DNA of 64,000 nt from Octopus vulgaris (GCA_951406725.2 OX597826.1:54560001-54624000); one strand, 5' to 3'. Positions 28,008 through 41,945 are shown, counted from the first letter of the stretch. Numbers and translations are program-made. Notes: a model not told the origin generated them from the letters alone.

Positions 28008-28580
28008 TGCAAGCACATAAACAGAAAGATAAAGTGTGAGAGAAAGAGAAATAGAGAGGAAGAAAGAGCAGGAACATGAGAGAGAGAGAGTTATATAAAT
28101 AGAGAAGAGGTGAGAGAGAGAGAGAGAGAGATAGAGAAAGAAAGAGAGACAGGTAGACAGACAGGCAGAGAAAAGTGAAAGACACCAATGAAAAGAGAGA
28201 TAGAAAGTTAGTGAAAGACAGAGTAGGAGAGAGAGAGTGAAAGAAAAAGAGAAAGAGAAAGAGAGATAGATAGGAAGAGAGAGATAGATAGAGAGAGAGA
28301 GAGAAGAGAGAGAGAGAAAGAGAGAGAGAAAGGAGAGAGAGAGAGCTGTTTTATTTGAAGAGGCTCCATTAATTTCTTCACAGGTGCCTGTAATGAGAAA
28401 CATTAGCACTGAAACGATAAACAAGAAACAAATATGAATATGTATAGATGTGCGTGCGCATACAAATCTAGATATCTATCAATGTATGTATATATATAGT
28501 ATGTATATATATATATTTATATATATGTATACATGTATATATATATATGTGTACATATATATGTCTATGTGCATAATACT

Positions 28581-28644
<64 letters not shown>

Positions 28645-28651
28645 CATTATA

Positions 28652-28815
28652 GGCGTAGGAGTGGCTGTGTGGTGAGTAGCTTGCTTACCAACCACATGGT
28701 TCCGGGTTCAGTCCTACTACGTGGCACTTTGGGCAAGTGTCTTCTACTGTAGCCTCAGGTCGACCAAAGCCTTATGAGTGGATTTGGTAGACGGAAACTG
28801 AAAGAAGCCCGTTGT
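28652..28815 (+). mobile_element. SINE family A 5' half
   Basis: ggcgtaggagtggctgtgtgg...gaaagaagcccg. Confidence 0.85.
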
Positions 28816-28867
28816 ATATATATATATATAGGATCTAGCAGCCTGTGCGTCAGGATGATCAAGGCTG

Positions 28868-28935
28868 TCCACTGAAGAAACTTGCCTTCAGCGAATATTT
28901 TTTTGCTGGAAATAGTTAGAAACCGTCAGTCTGGG
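28868..28935 (+). ncRNA. Type I hammerhead ribozyme with intact core
   Basis: tcca CTGAAGA aact...(ttcagcgaa/tttgctgga)...agtt a GAAAC cgtca GTC tggg. Predicted cleavage after 28931. Confidence 0.65.
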
Positions 28936-29044
28936 ATATAGTTGAGATGGTAAATGTTTTTAATTTTCATTCCTTTCGTGAATTTAACTACAAATCCTTA
29001 TAGTCGTCTCCTCACGCACCTCACGCACCCCCTCACATCCATCC

Positions 29045-29136
<92 letters not shown>

Positions 29137-29211
29137 GTATGTACACACACACACATATATATACATCCATCTATATACATATATATATGTGTGTGTGTGT
29201 GTGTGTGTATA

Positions 29212-30199
29212 CAGTGTCGGGCAAGCTAAAGAAAAATGTTAGCTTTATTAACCGCTAATCCACCAACTAAAAAAGTTAGCTTCGCAAACGCCAATCCGTT
29301 AAACAGGTAAAAACATCAGCGGAGTTAATTGATAACCGCTAACTTTCATAATATGAATTTAGCTTCAGTTTGGTTTTTTGACGCGAAAACATTTTAAGTT
29401 GCAGAGGCTCGGCGCTTGTCCCTTGATGGTGGTCTCCTTGGGCTGGCACATGGCGCATCAGAAGTACAAGATTTTGGCGTTCCTCATATTCCTTGACGTA
29501 AGGACAAAATAGACGGATTCTGAGAGGCCTCACTCTCAACTTGAGCAACCCCTGCCTCACCCACAACCTATTTCTTTATTACCCACAAGGGGCTAAACAT
29601 AGAGGGGACAAACAAGGACAGACATAGGTATTATGTCGATTACATCGACCCCAGTGCGTAACTGGTACTTAATTTATCGACCCCGAAAGGATGAAAGGCA
29701 AAGTCGACCTCGGCGGAATTTGAACTCACAACGTAACAGCAGACGAAGTACCGCAAAGCATTTCGCCCGGTGTGCTAACGCTTCTGCTAGCTCGCCTCAC
29801 CCACAACCGTTGCAGACTCCTTAGCCGACCCTTCATCCTCAGGCCGAATAAAATCGTCTTCACTTTCTATAAGGATAAGCGATAACTTGATAAGCTGATA
29901 GCATGCACTGCTGTCGCTGACACTGTAAGAGTGTCTGAAATGTGACAACGTCGTAAGTGAACACAACTCACAACTGCAGAATTACATAATACCGCACAGC
30001 TAGCTGCTGTTGCGTCGACCAGCCGCGTCCTCGAGACACGTAAATAACAGACAGGAACAAACATGTGAATTTTATTGCGGGTATAAAGTTAACGGAGGCT
30101 ATCTGGTCCACTAACGGTTTCCAAAGTTAGCGCAAACGCTAATCCGCTAAACGGAGAGTTAGCCTCGCTAATTAGTTGTTGGCTGGTTAGCACACCACC

Positions 30200-30200
<1 letters not shown>
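29212..30200 (-). mobile_element. Internally deleted hAT-like DNA transposon
   Basis: CAGTG... terminus with an imperfect inverted end; subterminal repeats (ccgctaa/gttagc) at both ends; minus-strand remnant YF*CAMCQPKETTIKGQAPSLCNLK resembles a hAT BED finger. Confidence 0.55.
29569..29793 (-). mobile_element. SINE family B nested in the hAT remnant, 15-bp TSD
   Basis: gcctcacccacaacc at 29554-29568 and 29794-29808. Confidence 0.9.
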
Positions 30201-30294
<94 letters not shown>

Positions 30295-30310
30295 CATACA
30301 TACATTACTA

Positions 30311-30653
30311 GTGAAGGCGCATGGCTCAGTGGTTAGAGCGTCGAGCTTACGATCGTGAGGTTGTGAGCTCGAATCCCGGACCGGGCTGCGTGTTGTGTTC
30401 TTGAGCAAGGCACTTTATTTCACATTGCTCCAGTTCACTCAGCTGTAGAAATGAGTTGCGACGTCACTGGTACCAAGCTGTATCGACCTTTGTCTTTCCC
30501 TTGGATAACACTGGTGGCGTGGAGAGGGAGGCTGGTATGCATGGGCGACTGCTGGTCTTCCATAAACAACCTTGCCCGGACTTGTGTCTAGGAGGGTAAC
30601 TTTCTAGGTGCAATCCCATGGTCATTCATGACCGAAGGGGGTCTTTACCCTTT
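30311..30653 (+). mobile_element. tRNA-derived SINE, family C (CORE-like central domain)
   Basis: tggctcagtggttagagc A-box, gctcgaatccc B-box, central gttgtgttcttgagcaaggcacttt...ctcagctgtagaaatg. Confidence 0.8.
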
Positions 30654-30790
30654 ATACATACATATATATACATATATGGATATACACACATATATATGTT
30701 TATATATATATATATATATTTGTGTACATATATGTACATATATAATTTTCATATATATGTATATGTAAAGACACTCATACATATATGAAC

Positions 30791-30823
<33 letters not shown>

Positions 30824-31869
30824 TTAATAATAATAATTTCAAATGTTTAAGTTTACCCGATGGTCCGCAGTGTTTCCACAATTATAAACACTGAGAACGG
30901 AGTGAAGAAATTATTTTATTACATTGATTTACAATTGTTTCAACGGGTTATGGTTCTTTAATAATAGCGAGGAATCGAAAACTTTCAAGTCTCTGTTAAA
31001 CTTTTCCTCATAAAAATTAATATATATGCACTCAACTAAGAAAGTATTCAAGAATCTTTTATGTTAAACAGTTTTTATAGATAACTTCACATAAAAGCAA
31101 ACATTGATACAAACGCGCGCGCACACACACACACATACACACACACACACAAACACACACACACAAACACACACACAAACGTACACTCTCTCACAAACAT
31201 ACACATACAAACATACTCACTCATACAAACACACACACACACGCACACACACACTCACACAATACACGCACATACACACAAGCGCACGATCTTTCTCTCA
31301 CAAACATACACACACACTCACAAACACAAACACACACATATACAAACGCACACGTTCACAAATACACACATACGCCCGCGCACACACACACACACCTATA
31401 TATGAGGTTATAAAATTACAATTATTCGTCTTTAGAAATGTGAGATGTTTCAATTTCTCTATTGATCTATAAATATCTAAATGTTTAACAAGACTTGTAC
31501 CGAATATAACTCGCTTCGTTCATACTATTAAATTCATATTTAGAGAAAAAAGATATTTTGATAGAATATTTACTTGTCCACTATGTTTTTACATAGCTTT
31601 AATCTCCAGTCGTAATTATATGATTTATTCCCAGCTATCTACATAGTATTATGGTGAATCGTAACTATGATATTTTTATGACAGAGTAATAATTCTTTCA
31701 ACTACAGGCGAAATGCCTGGAATTTTTGGGGAGGGTTAGTCGATTACATCGACCTCAGTGGTACACAACTGGTACTTATTTTATCGACCTCGAAAGGATG
31801 TAGGCAATTAGATGCAAGTGCGCGCGCACACATACACACACAGACGCGCAGACAGACGCACACACATCC

Positions 31870-32003
<134 letters not shown>

Positions 32004-32404
32004 ATAATTTCAGCAAAATAATTAAGATTCAAGTGAGTTCCAATGAATTCACATGAATGCGGTACTTAACTTAGATGCACCAGAATTCTTTATGGTATTA
32101 ACCATAAAATAATGTGGGGTGATTATAACTAAGGACAGATATATATACGTTACTAAAGTTACAAACGGCACTAATCAGCCCCAGGTTTGCTGGTAATAAG
32201 TGTCAAAACAACCCAATAGCCACAGAAGCATGACTACAGTCATTCAGATTGTGCTTCTGTTTCCATTGAGTAGTTTTGGCTCTTATTTCTAGCAACACTT
32301 GTGCTAAGTAGTGCCCTTTGTCACTTCAGTGACGTGTATATTTCTGTCTTTAGGTTGTAAAATTGCGAATTATCCGACAGTATGATATATATATATATAT
32401 ATGT

Positions 32405-32640
32405 ATTAGACAAAATGAGATAACAAAGCCAAAGTTGTGAGGAGTTTTCAGGACGTTTATAAGGAAAAAGATATAAATATAGTCTTACAGCTGTTTCTGG
32501 GATATTATGGATATCCCTTGATTAGAGACGGTGTGAGATGGTTAAATAGAAGTAAATATTTACTTTCGAAATAAGGAATTATTATGGAAAAGGAGGAGAT
32601 AGGGAATATAGAGGGAAATAAGAGAATGAAAGTAGAGAAT
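32405..32640 (-). mobile_element. Solo PLE-type terminal segment with decayed hammerhead (32482-32529)
   Basis: Homologous to 46349-46550. Minus strand: gtct CTAATCA a gggata-tccataa-tatccc a GAAA CAGCTG TA agac. TA runs flank both sides. Confidence 0.7.
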
Positions 32641-32659
32641 TTATATATATATATAATTT

Positions 32660-33010
32660 TCTGATGAGCAACTCTGCAGTTTCTGTCTATGAAATTCAGT
32701 CACAAGTCTGTGGTTGGCATAGGGCTATAATAGAAAACACTACGTTCTGAGTTCAAATTCCACCGAGGTCGACTTTGCCTTTCATCTTTTCTGGGTTGAT
32801 AAATAAAGTACCAGTAACGCACTGGGGTCGATGTAATCGACTTAATTCCTTTGTCTGTCTTTTTTTGTCCCCGCTATGTTTAGCCCCTTGTGGGCAATAA
32901 AGAAATATATAATAGAAAACACTTGCCCAAGGCACCGTGCAGAGGGATTGAACGTGGAACTATGTGATTGGGAAGCAAACGTCTCAACCACACAGTCATT
33001 CTTGCACCTA
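32660..33010 (-). mobile_element. Old family A SINE interrupted by a 5'-truncated family B SINE (+, 32742-32907)
   Basis: 16-bp TSD tataatagaaaacact at 32726-32741 and 32908-32923. Confidence 0.85.
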
Positions 33011-33468
33011 TGTGTGTATGTGTGTGTTTACATTTGTGTCCCACTGTGTCTCAAAGTTAGCAGTTCATCAAGCAGAGATCTATAAAATAAATGCCAGAGT
33101 GAAATACGCACTGAGGTCAGTATGATCAATTAAATATTTGAAGTTGACAGCCCATCATGGCAACATTCGGAAGACTAAACCCAGGAAAATAATGTTTAAA
33201 GACATAATGGCTTCAAATTTAAAGTAATGGATTGCTAACCACAAGATAATGAGTTCAAAACATCGTATTAAACTTCCACTCTATACGATAAAACTATATG
33301 CACATCTCAGTCTACGTGACTTCCAACAATTAATAATTGTAATTTGAAGTTGAATGGTTAACAGTAAGAAAGATGTCCAGATTTCTTTAAAAATTATTGT
33401 GCAAAATATTCTGAGAAAAATATTTTTTTTCACCACAACAAAACACACACACACACACACACACATGC

Positions 33469-33532
<64 letters not shown>

Positions 33533-33995
33533 CTCTGTGGTAATTTGAGCTATTACAAATAACATCCAAATCTCTTTTAAAAAGAAAAACACAGAATTAA
33601 AGTATTCAGGAAGTAAAAAAAACCAAAAATACCAAAAAAAAAACAAACCAAACAAACAAAAAACAACAAAAAACTATGCGATGGGTCTGCTACATCAAAG
33701 GTAACTCTGGGCTAAACAAAAGACAGACAAACATACTTAACATTAAAAGATTATCTACAGAAACAATTACGTGGATAAACAAATTAGATGCATCAATATT
33801 TATATATATATTTTGTATTTCAAACTAATGTCTCTAATATATGAATACCTGCAAAAAGAGGGACAGTATAAGATGGAAACTATCAGATGATGAATTTCTA
33901 AGTATAAATGTATATATATTTATAGTAATAGGTCTAACTTACAAAGAAAACAAACGACAGAGAACAATTAAAGGGATGTAAGAAAGGTTTTAGAA

Positions 33996-34062
33996 GTCAG
34001 ACAGCTGTTTCTAGAGGCTCTGAGACCCATTATAATTTTGGTAGATTTAGTTCATCAGAATA
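33996..34062 (-). ncRNA. Decayed hammerhead (core intact, stems broken)
   Basis: Minus strand: CTGATGA...a GAAA CAGCTG TC. Confidence 0.4.
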
Positions 34063-34079
34063 TGCATACATATTTAGTG

Positions 34080-34875
34080 AGACGCTTGCTTCCGAATCAT
34101 ATGGTTACGGGTTCAGTCCCAATGTGTGGGACCTTGGGAAAAATGTCTTTTACTACATCCTGGAGCCGGCCTTATTCTTGTGAGTGGATTTGGTAGACGG
34201 AAACTAAACGAAGCCCGTCGTATATATATATCTATATCTGAGTGCGTGCGTCTTTTTGTCTCTGTTCGCCGCCAACGCTTGACAGATGATGCTGGTATGC
34301 GTACGTCCCCATAACTTAGCGGTTTTTTTTTGCAAAAGGTTAGCAATAGAATAATTAACTAACTTTAAAAAGAAATAAGTACAGGGTCGGTATATTCGAC
34401 CAAAAATTCATGTATGAGGTGTCCCATCATGTCTGCAGTCTAATGGCTGAAACAAGTAAAAGATGAAAGATAAAAGATATATATATCTTGGCTGTGTGGT
34501 AAAAAGCTTTTTTCCAGCCACATGGTTCCAGGTTCAGTCCCACTGCGTGGCGCTTTGGCAAGTGTCTTCTACTATAGTCTTGGGCCGACCAAAGCTTTGT
34601 GTGAATGGATTTGGTAGCTGGAAACTGAAAGAAACCTGTCGTATATAAATGTAAATATTATATGTATATATTTGTGTTTGTTTTTGCCCCTACCATCGGT
34701 TGACAACGGATGTTGGTGTGTTTACGTCCCCATAACTTAGTAGCTTGGCAAAGAAAAGCGATAGAAAAGTACTAGGCTTACAGTGAATTAGTCTCGGGGT
34801 CGATTTGTTAGTCTAAAGGCGGTGGTCCAGCATGGCTGCAGTCAAATGACTGAAACAAATAAAAGAGTAAAAGAG
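34080..34875 (+). mobile_element. Two tandem family A SINEs (34080-34465, 34489-34875)
   Basis: Both carry head, ggatttggtag and tail motifs. Confidence 0.8.
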
Positions 34876-34881
34876 TATATA

Positions 34882-34933
<52 letters not shown>

Positions 34934-34936
34934 ATA

Positions 34937-35236
34937 GGAGCAATCCGTCGGCTGCGACGACGAGGGTCCGAGCTGATACGATAAACGGAACAGCTTGCTC
35001 ATGAAATTAACTCCACAAACATGTGTACCCTTAACGTAGTTCTCGGGGAGATTAAGCGTGACACAGAGTGTGACAAGGCTGGTCGTTTGAAATACAGGCA
35101 CTACTCATTTTTGGCAGCTGAGTGGACTGGAGCAACGGGAAATAAAGTGTCTTGCTCAAGGACACAACACGCCGCCGGGAATTGAACTCGCGACCTTACG
35201 ATCATGAGCTGAATGCCCCTAACCACTAAGCCACGC

Positions 35237-35239
<3 letters not shown>
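34937..35239 (-). mobile_element. SINE with family C head/core and the alternative tail
   Basis: Head and core match 30311-30455; tail matches 43737-43920. Confidence 0.8.
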
Positions 35240-35289
<50 letters not shown>

Positions 35290-35295
35290 TTATTT

Positions 35296-35352
<57 letters not shown>

Positions 35353-35494
35353 AAATAGAATAAACACAGCATGAAGTTTATGCCATTTGTTTCCGAAGCA
35401 CGTTTCCATATTGTAGTTATTTGCATCTTTTGCAATGGGTGGTAAGAGTACTTTTGGATGCAGAAATAACAATGGTTATATTGTTACACACAAA

Positions 35495-35573
<79 letters not shown>

Positions 35574-35663
35574 ATTCAGGCACATGTCCATATGTTCATG
35601 GAAGAGTTCTTGGTCATGTAAAGAATAATACATATATATAAATATATAATCCAATATATGCAC

Positions 35664-35698
<35 letters not shown>

Positions 35699-35826
35699 CA
35701 CATATGCATATGCATGTGTGTGCGAGTGTATATAGACAGGTATGTATACACGCACATATATGCAAGTATCTCATCCACACTCTCTTTGCGTATATACATA
35801 CGTACATACGTAAATGCATACATACA

Positions 35827-35857
<31 letters not shown>

Positions 35858-36124
35858 GTACGTACATATGTACATCCGTACATACATACATACATACATA
35901 TGTACATACGTACATATGGATATACGTACATATATGCATGTGTACACATATATATATGCATACATAAATATACATATACGTAAATAATCACTCACATATA
36001 CACATACTTGTAGATCTATTTATAAGTTCAACAGATGCATCAATCTAAGTTGTTTGTCTTCAAAATTTTGTTACTATGGTAAAATTCTACTATCTTAAAT
36101 CATCAAAAGAAATCCACCACCACC

Positions 36125-36156
<32 letters not shown>

Positions 36157-36334
36157 CAGCAGCATCAGCAGCACCACCAACTGCAATAGCAACAACAGTA
36201 CCAACAGTAACATAGGCAGCAACAGTACAAACAGTATTAATGATAAAAATCATACTTTTTTTCGGAAATTCAGTTTCACTAACTGCATTCATATCATGTC
36301 TCAATCATATGTGGCTTTCTCAATATTCAAATAT

Positions 36335-36419
<85 letters not shown>

Positions 36420-36783
36420 ATATATATATATATGTGTGTGTGTATGTATGTATATATATAGATATATGTAATATGAATATGCGTATGTGTATGTGTATAT
36501 ATATATATTAATGTGCGTATATATATGTATATCTATACACACATATATATATGCATATACATATATACATATAGATATATATACATGCATATATATATAT
36601 TTATATATATGAATTTTTATATATTTTATATATAATCAATGCACACTCACACACTGGCTCTTTCTCACTCAAACATACATGTGCGTGTATATTTGTGTAT
36701 GTATCATTATTAAAATATATGTATGTAAATTCGTACACATGGCATACGTTCGCATGTACAGATATATGTGTGTGTATGTGTGG

Positions 36784-36909
<126 letters not shown>

Positions 36910-37353
36910 CATATATACATAAATACATATATATATATATATATATAAAAAATCATTTGTTGTTAGGTCTGTAATGAAATTTAATGTGCAACTTTGTACA
37001 CACATACACACGCACAGGCACGCCTCACTCCCACACACTCTCACAGACACATGCATAAACACGGAACATACGCACATAATGCGAACATTTTGTAGATGAC
37101 GCAAATTAATTTTATAATAAACTGTCATATTTGTGTCTTGATGAACACTCATCATGCAGATATGTATGTTTTCAGTAATATGTCTTATCGCTGTGCAATA
37201 GCCTTGATATTTTCAACTCAGTATTCGGATAAACTTTCCAAACCTAATAACCGTATTCCATTATAACCAAGCAAGAATAAGGTAGGTTGTTACGAATTTA
37301 GTCCACTAGTATCAGAATAAAAGAAAAAAGGCAGTTACTGATATTTCGAATTT

Positions 37354-37467
37354 ATTTCAAGTGGTTACGCAACATATTGTTACATAGATACTGTTGTTGT
37401 CTGTTTCTACTGGGGAACAACTGAGAACAATATCTGTGTAACTAATTAGTATGTAACCACTTGAAAT
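37354..37467. repeat. 114-nt imperfect palindrome (hairpin)
   Basis: atttcaagtggttac / gtaaccacttgaaat (15 bp, perfect) and inner gttacatagata / tatctgtgtaac. Confidence 0.75.
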
Positions 37468-38184
37468 GTGCATATTAAAATGCGTTTTAAACATTATAGA
37501 TTATGTTTATATAACTACACACACACGCACCCATACACATATACACCCATGTAAATATGATATGATATGTATGTATATATATTTATATGTATTTATATAG
37601 GTATATAGATATATATTTACATGTATGTATATTATACATATCCATGTATATGTATGCATGTATGTTTGTATGTATCAAAAGGAAGTGTTATAATACTACT
37701 CCACAGCCATACCAACAATCCAGTATACCACCATCATCAGCTGCCCTACGGATATCATTATGGGGTTTTGACACCTGGGCCGTACCATTCAATCCGGCGG
37801 TGTCAACAGCACTAAAATAAGTGTTGTTTGGGAACAAACAAACCACAGAAGCCACAGCTTTCAAACACATTTACCCAATGTACAACCGTCTCGATAAATA
37901 ATGAATGTTTATATGTATGTATGTATGTGATGTATGTATGAAGTAAGGAAGAGACGTCAAGGGGTAAGAGACAGCCAGACACATTTACAATCATAGAAAA
38001 TCACACTGATAAAAAGCACGGGAGAATATTCATTCACTGTTGTATATATTGAAATATATAGTATATATGTACACAACACCATCATAAGCATATACAAAAT
38101 CATATACAAGTGAGTATGTGCGAATGCATGTGTATACATTTATACAGATGTGTGACAGGGATATACATACATGTATATCATTTA

Positions 38185-38470
38185 TCTTTTACTTGTTTCA
38201 GTCACTATACCGAGACATTGCTGGGGCACCATCTTAGAGAAGTTCAGCAGAGCGAATGGACCCCATTACCTATTTTTAAACCTGGTGTTTATTATAACGG
38301 ATTCTTTTGACGACCCGCTATATTACAGGACATAAACACACAAACACTTATTGTCAAGCTGTAGTGGGGGGTCAAAATACACACACATACATGTATGACG
38401 GTCTTCTTTCTGTTTCCGTCTACCAAATCCACTCACAAGGTTTTCTACGGCCCGGGGCGATATTGGAAGA
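38185..38470 (-). mobile_element. Degenerate family A SINE
   Basis: tttccgtctaccaaatccactcacaagg. Confidence 0.7.
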
Positions 38471-38486
38471 AACCCCAATGTTCCAC

Positions 38487-38541
<55 letters not shown>

Positions 38542-38547
<6 letters not shown>

Positions 38548-40135
38548 AAACAGAAAATGGAGAAATATTGATCAACAACAATTGACTTACATCAATTATT
38601 ATTTTTTAATTCAATACAAATAGACTGCATCCCATCCAACAGCTGTTTCTGCTTCCAGTGTTATATGGTATTGCTAACTCATCAGCGTGAAGAAAAATAC
38701 ATACATAAAAGAAAAGAAGAGCCAAGAGAGGAAACGGAAAAGCTGCATATTTGAAAGTCATATCATTATGCTTATGTGTCTCTTTGTGACGATGAGTAAA
38801 TGACTAAACTTAAAATAGTAATTCGTGTGTTAATTTTTTCTATGGGGGTAAGTGGGTAGATAAGTACTAAAAAAGTAAAAATAACAAAATATACAATAAT
38901 GGGATGCGCCAATAGGTTTAGTCAAAGAGGGAGTGAAGGTACCATAAAGTCTTGAAGTAATCATAATAACTTTTAATAATTATGGTTATAAGCGCAGGAG
39001 TGGCTGTGTGGTAACTAGCTTGCTTACCAACTACATGTTTCCAGGTTCATTCCCACTGCGTGGCACCTTGGGCAAGTGTCTTCTACTATAACCCCGAGCC
39101 AACCAAAGCCTTGTACGTAGATTTGGTAGACGGAAACTGAAAGAAACTTGTGTGTGTCTGTGTTTATCTCTCAACATCGCTTCACAACCCATGGTGGTGT
39201 GTTTACGACCCCGTAACTTAGCGGTTCAGCAAAAGAGACCGAGAGAACAAGTACTAGGCTTCCAAAGAATAAGTCCTGGAGTCGATTTGCTCGACTAAAG
39301 GCGATATACCAGCTTGGCCACAGTCAAATGACTGAAACAAATAAAAGAAAAAAAGAAAAAAGTACTAATTGATAGTTTTTTTATGACAATAAAGTGCCAA
39401 CAAATTATTTCAATTACTTACCTACTAATATGTGGTAAAGTCCAACCACCTATTGCTCGTAATAGGATTGACCAACCTCCAGCGTTCGATATAATTGATC
39501 AGTTAAATTTAAAAACAAAGGGCAAGCTATTAAGACCGTTATATGGGTTGATATAAATAAAGTATGGGAAAGTTGTATATGTTGTAAGGGGCCGAAAAAT
39601 GCTTAGGACATTGTATATAAAAAACAAATATGTAAAGAAGTACAATGCAAAGGCATGAACAACGCTAGCCGTATCATTAAAACATGGAGAGATATTTGTT
39701 TGGAAAATTGGGAATTAAGGCGGTTGAGTGGGGTGGAATGGGGGAACAATGGTCCAAAAGCTTTATAGAATAGGAGTGTGAAATTAGTAGACAATGAAGG
39801 GAATTTATTCCGTAGGGAGAGAATTAAGGTGATAAAAATGATAATTACGGTTAAGGGGAGGTAATGACTAGGGAAGTGACCGAAATTGAGAGATAATAAT
39901 TCAAAGTTTAGGCTCTTCTTTTCTTTTATGCATGTATTCTTCTTCACTCTGATGAAGCTCTAATTATTACCAAATATGATGAATATTATTTTAAGAATAT
40001 CAATGGCAATACCATATATTGGAAGCAGAAACAGCTGTTAGATGGGATGCAGTCTATTTGTATTGAATTAAAAAATAATAATTGATGTAAGTCATTTGTT
40101 GTTGATCAATATTTCTCCATTTTCTGTTTACTTTA
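38542..40135. mobile_element. PLE-like inverted-repeat element with a hammerhead motif in each arm
   Basis: Arms 38542-38723 and 39911-40135 (2 mismatches in the outer ~116 bp). Motifs CTGATGA...GAAACAGCTGTT at 38632-38688 (-) and 39945-40045 (+). Confidence 0.75.
38991..39350 (+). mobile_element. SINE family A nested within the inverted-repeat element
   Basis: Full family A motifs. Confidence 0.85.
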
Positions 40136-40269
40136 AATTTGATTCCTGACAAACTTATGTTTATCTGTGTCATTACCTGTAATCTACGAGCATATGTATT
40201 TCAAGGATTAACATAGGTAACTTTTATCCCTTAAACGGTTATGCCAATCTCTAACACTACTAACCCTGT

Positions 40270-40290
40270 ATATATATATATAATGGTAAA

Positions 40291-40362
<72 letters not shown>

Positions 40363-40420
40363 GTAAAATATATATATATATGTATATAATAGTAAAAATG
40401 ATATTAATAATATATGTACG

Positions 40421-40472
<52 letters not shown>

Positions 40473-40640
40473 ATAGTAAAATATATATATATGTATATAA
40501 TAGTAAAAATGATATTAATAATATATGTACGTATGTATATATATATATATATGTAATAGTAAAAAATATATATATATATGTATATAATAGTAAAAATGAT
40601 ATTAATAATATATGTACGTATATATATATATATAATATAT
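40270..40640. repeat. Minisatellite with variable (TA)n spacer
   Basis: tataatagtaaaaatgatattaataatatatgtacgtat x3. Confidence 0.85.
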
Positions 40641-40697
40641 ATATATATATGTATGTATGTATAGAGGCCAAACTTTTTGTGTTCTTTTACATGGTTT

Positions 40698-41024
40698 GTT
40701 GTTTGGGGCAGAGGAGCAAAGGTATGTACCATCATAGAGGTCAGCTGCTCTGCAGATATAAATATCTCTTAGAAAATCAGAGAAAAAGAGAATATCTATG
40801 GAAAAATGCTTCGAAACCTCCAGCTTCTGTATCTAGACTATGAATTCATCCTCATACCAATAATAATTGGAGCATTAGGTTTTGTTAGTAAATGCTTAAA
40901 GGAGAGTCTGGATAAACTGGGGTTTTCAGAAAGAGTAATTGACCGGCTGATTCGTACATTACAAGTTCAATCTGTGAGTGGAACAGTAAAAATATGTAAG
41001 GCTTTTCTCAAGTTCCAAATGTGA
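40698..41024 (+). pseudogene. C-terminal restriction-like endonuclease of an R4/Dong-like non-LTR retrotransposon
   Basis: One frame reads [34 protein letters not shown]...FILIPIIIGALG...LQVQSVSGTVKICKAFL, matching REL motifs (IIEVSCP.D, K..KY, PIVIGALG). Confidence 0.8.
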
Positions 41025-41600
41025 ATTCGTCAGTGTTAACTACATCCCAGAGATGGAGCTTTGCATCTCAGTGGAAGATTTATAATAATTAGAAACTAGA
41101 AGAGACGTACAGACAGACATGCTTATAATTTTACACATTCATCAGGTTATATACACTTTCATGTGAGCAAATGTTGATTCTTCATTATTGTCTTTCCGCT
41201 TGTTGATGTTCTTTTTGATTTTGTTGTTGTTGCTGTTGTTCTTCTTCTTGCTCTTGTTGTTGTTGTTCTTCTTCTTCCTCTTCTTCGTCTACGTCATCGT
41301 CATCATCATCATCACCATCATCATCAATAATGGAAGTATGTGCTATTTATGCAACCGCCTTCCTCTAGGGCATGCCAGGTATTGTGTGTGTGTGTGTGTG
41401 TGTGTGTGTAAGTGTCCGTGAGTGTATGTGTGTGCGTGTGCCTATGTGTGTATGTATATGCATGAATTTATGGATGTACATTTCTATTTTTGTATGTGTG
41501 CCAATCTATATATATATATGTCAATGTGAAAATTCTCTGTGCATGTCTGTGCTGATACATACCTATCAGAATTATTCATATATCCACACATACAAACATA

Positions 41601-41648
<48 letters not shown>

Positions 41649-41778
41649 TATAGGCATATACATATATACGCATACATATATATATATACATATATATTCA
41701 TACATACATTTTATACATACTTGCGTTGTTTCTGAACTTATGTGTTCTTACTCACCTGTGTATTCATTCGCGCCCGCA

Positions 41779-41875
<97 letters not shown>

Positions 41876-41884
41876 ATATTTGTA

Positions 41885-41945
<61 letters not shown>

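Noticed and set aside
28345-28430. Minus-strand 3' splice site (ctaat...ttacag)
   Set aside because: No downstream donor before a long (CT)n tract, so it cannot support an exon.
30311-30385. Functional tRNA gene (likewise other SINE heads)
   Set aside because: No complete acceptor stem; it continues into the SINE core and tail.
30925-30945. GAAACAATTGTA half-hammerhead on minus (similar GAAACAGCTGG at ~20385-20398)
   Set aside because: No recognisable CUGANGA partner; at most remnants.
32661-32697. CTGATGA...GAAA motif
   Set aside because: It is a mutated SINE A segment with no supporting stems.
37680-37900. Possible exon in unique, moderately GC-rich sequence
   Set aside because: No convincing splice-site pair or recognisable peptide in the ORFs covering it.
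39500-39570. PLE GIY-YIG C-terminal remnant (YINPYNGLN on minus)
   Set aside because: Too short and not supported by upstream motifs.
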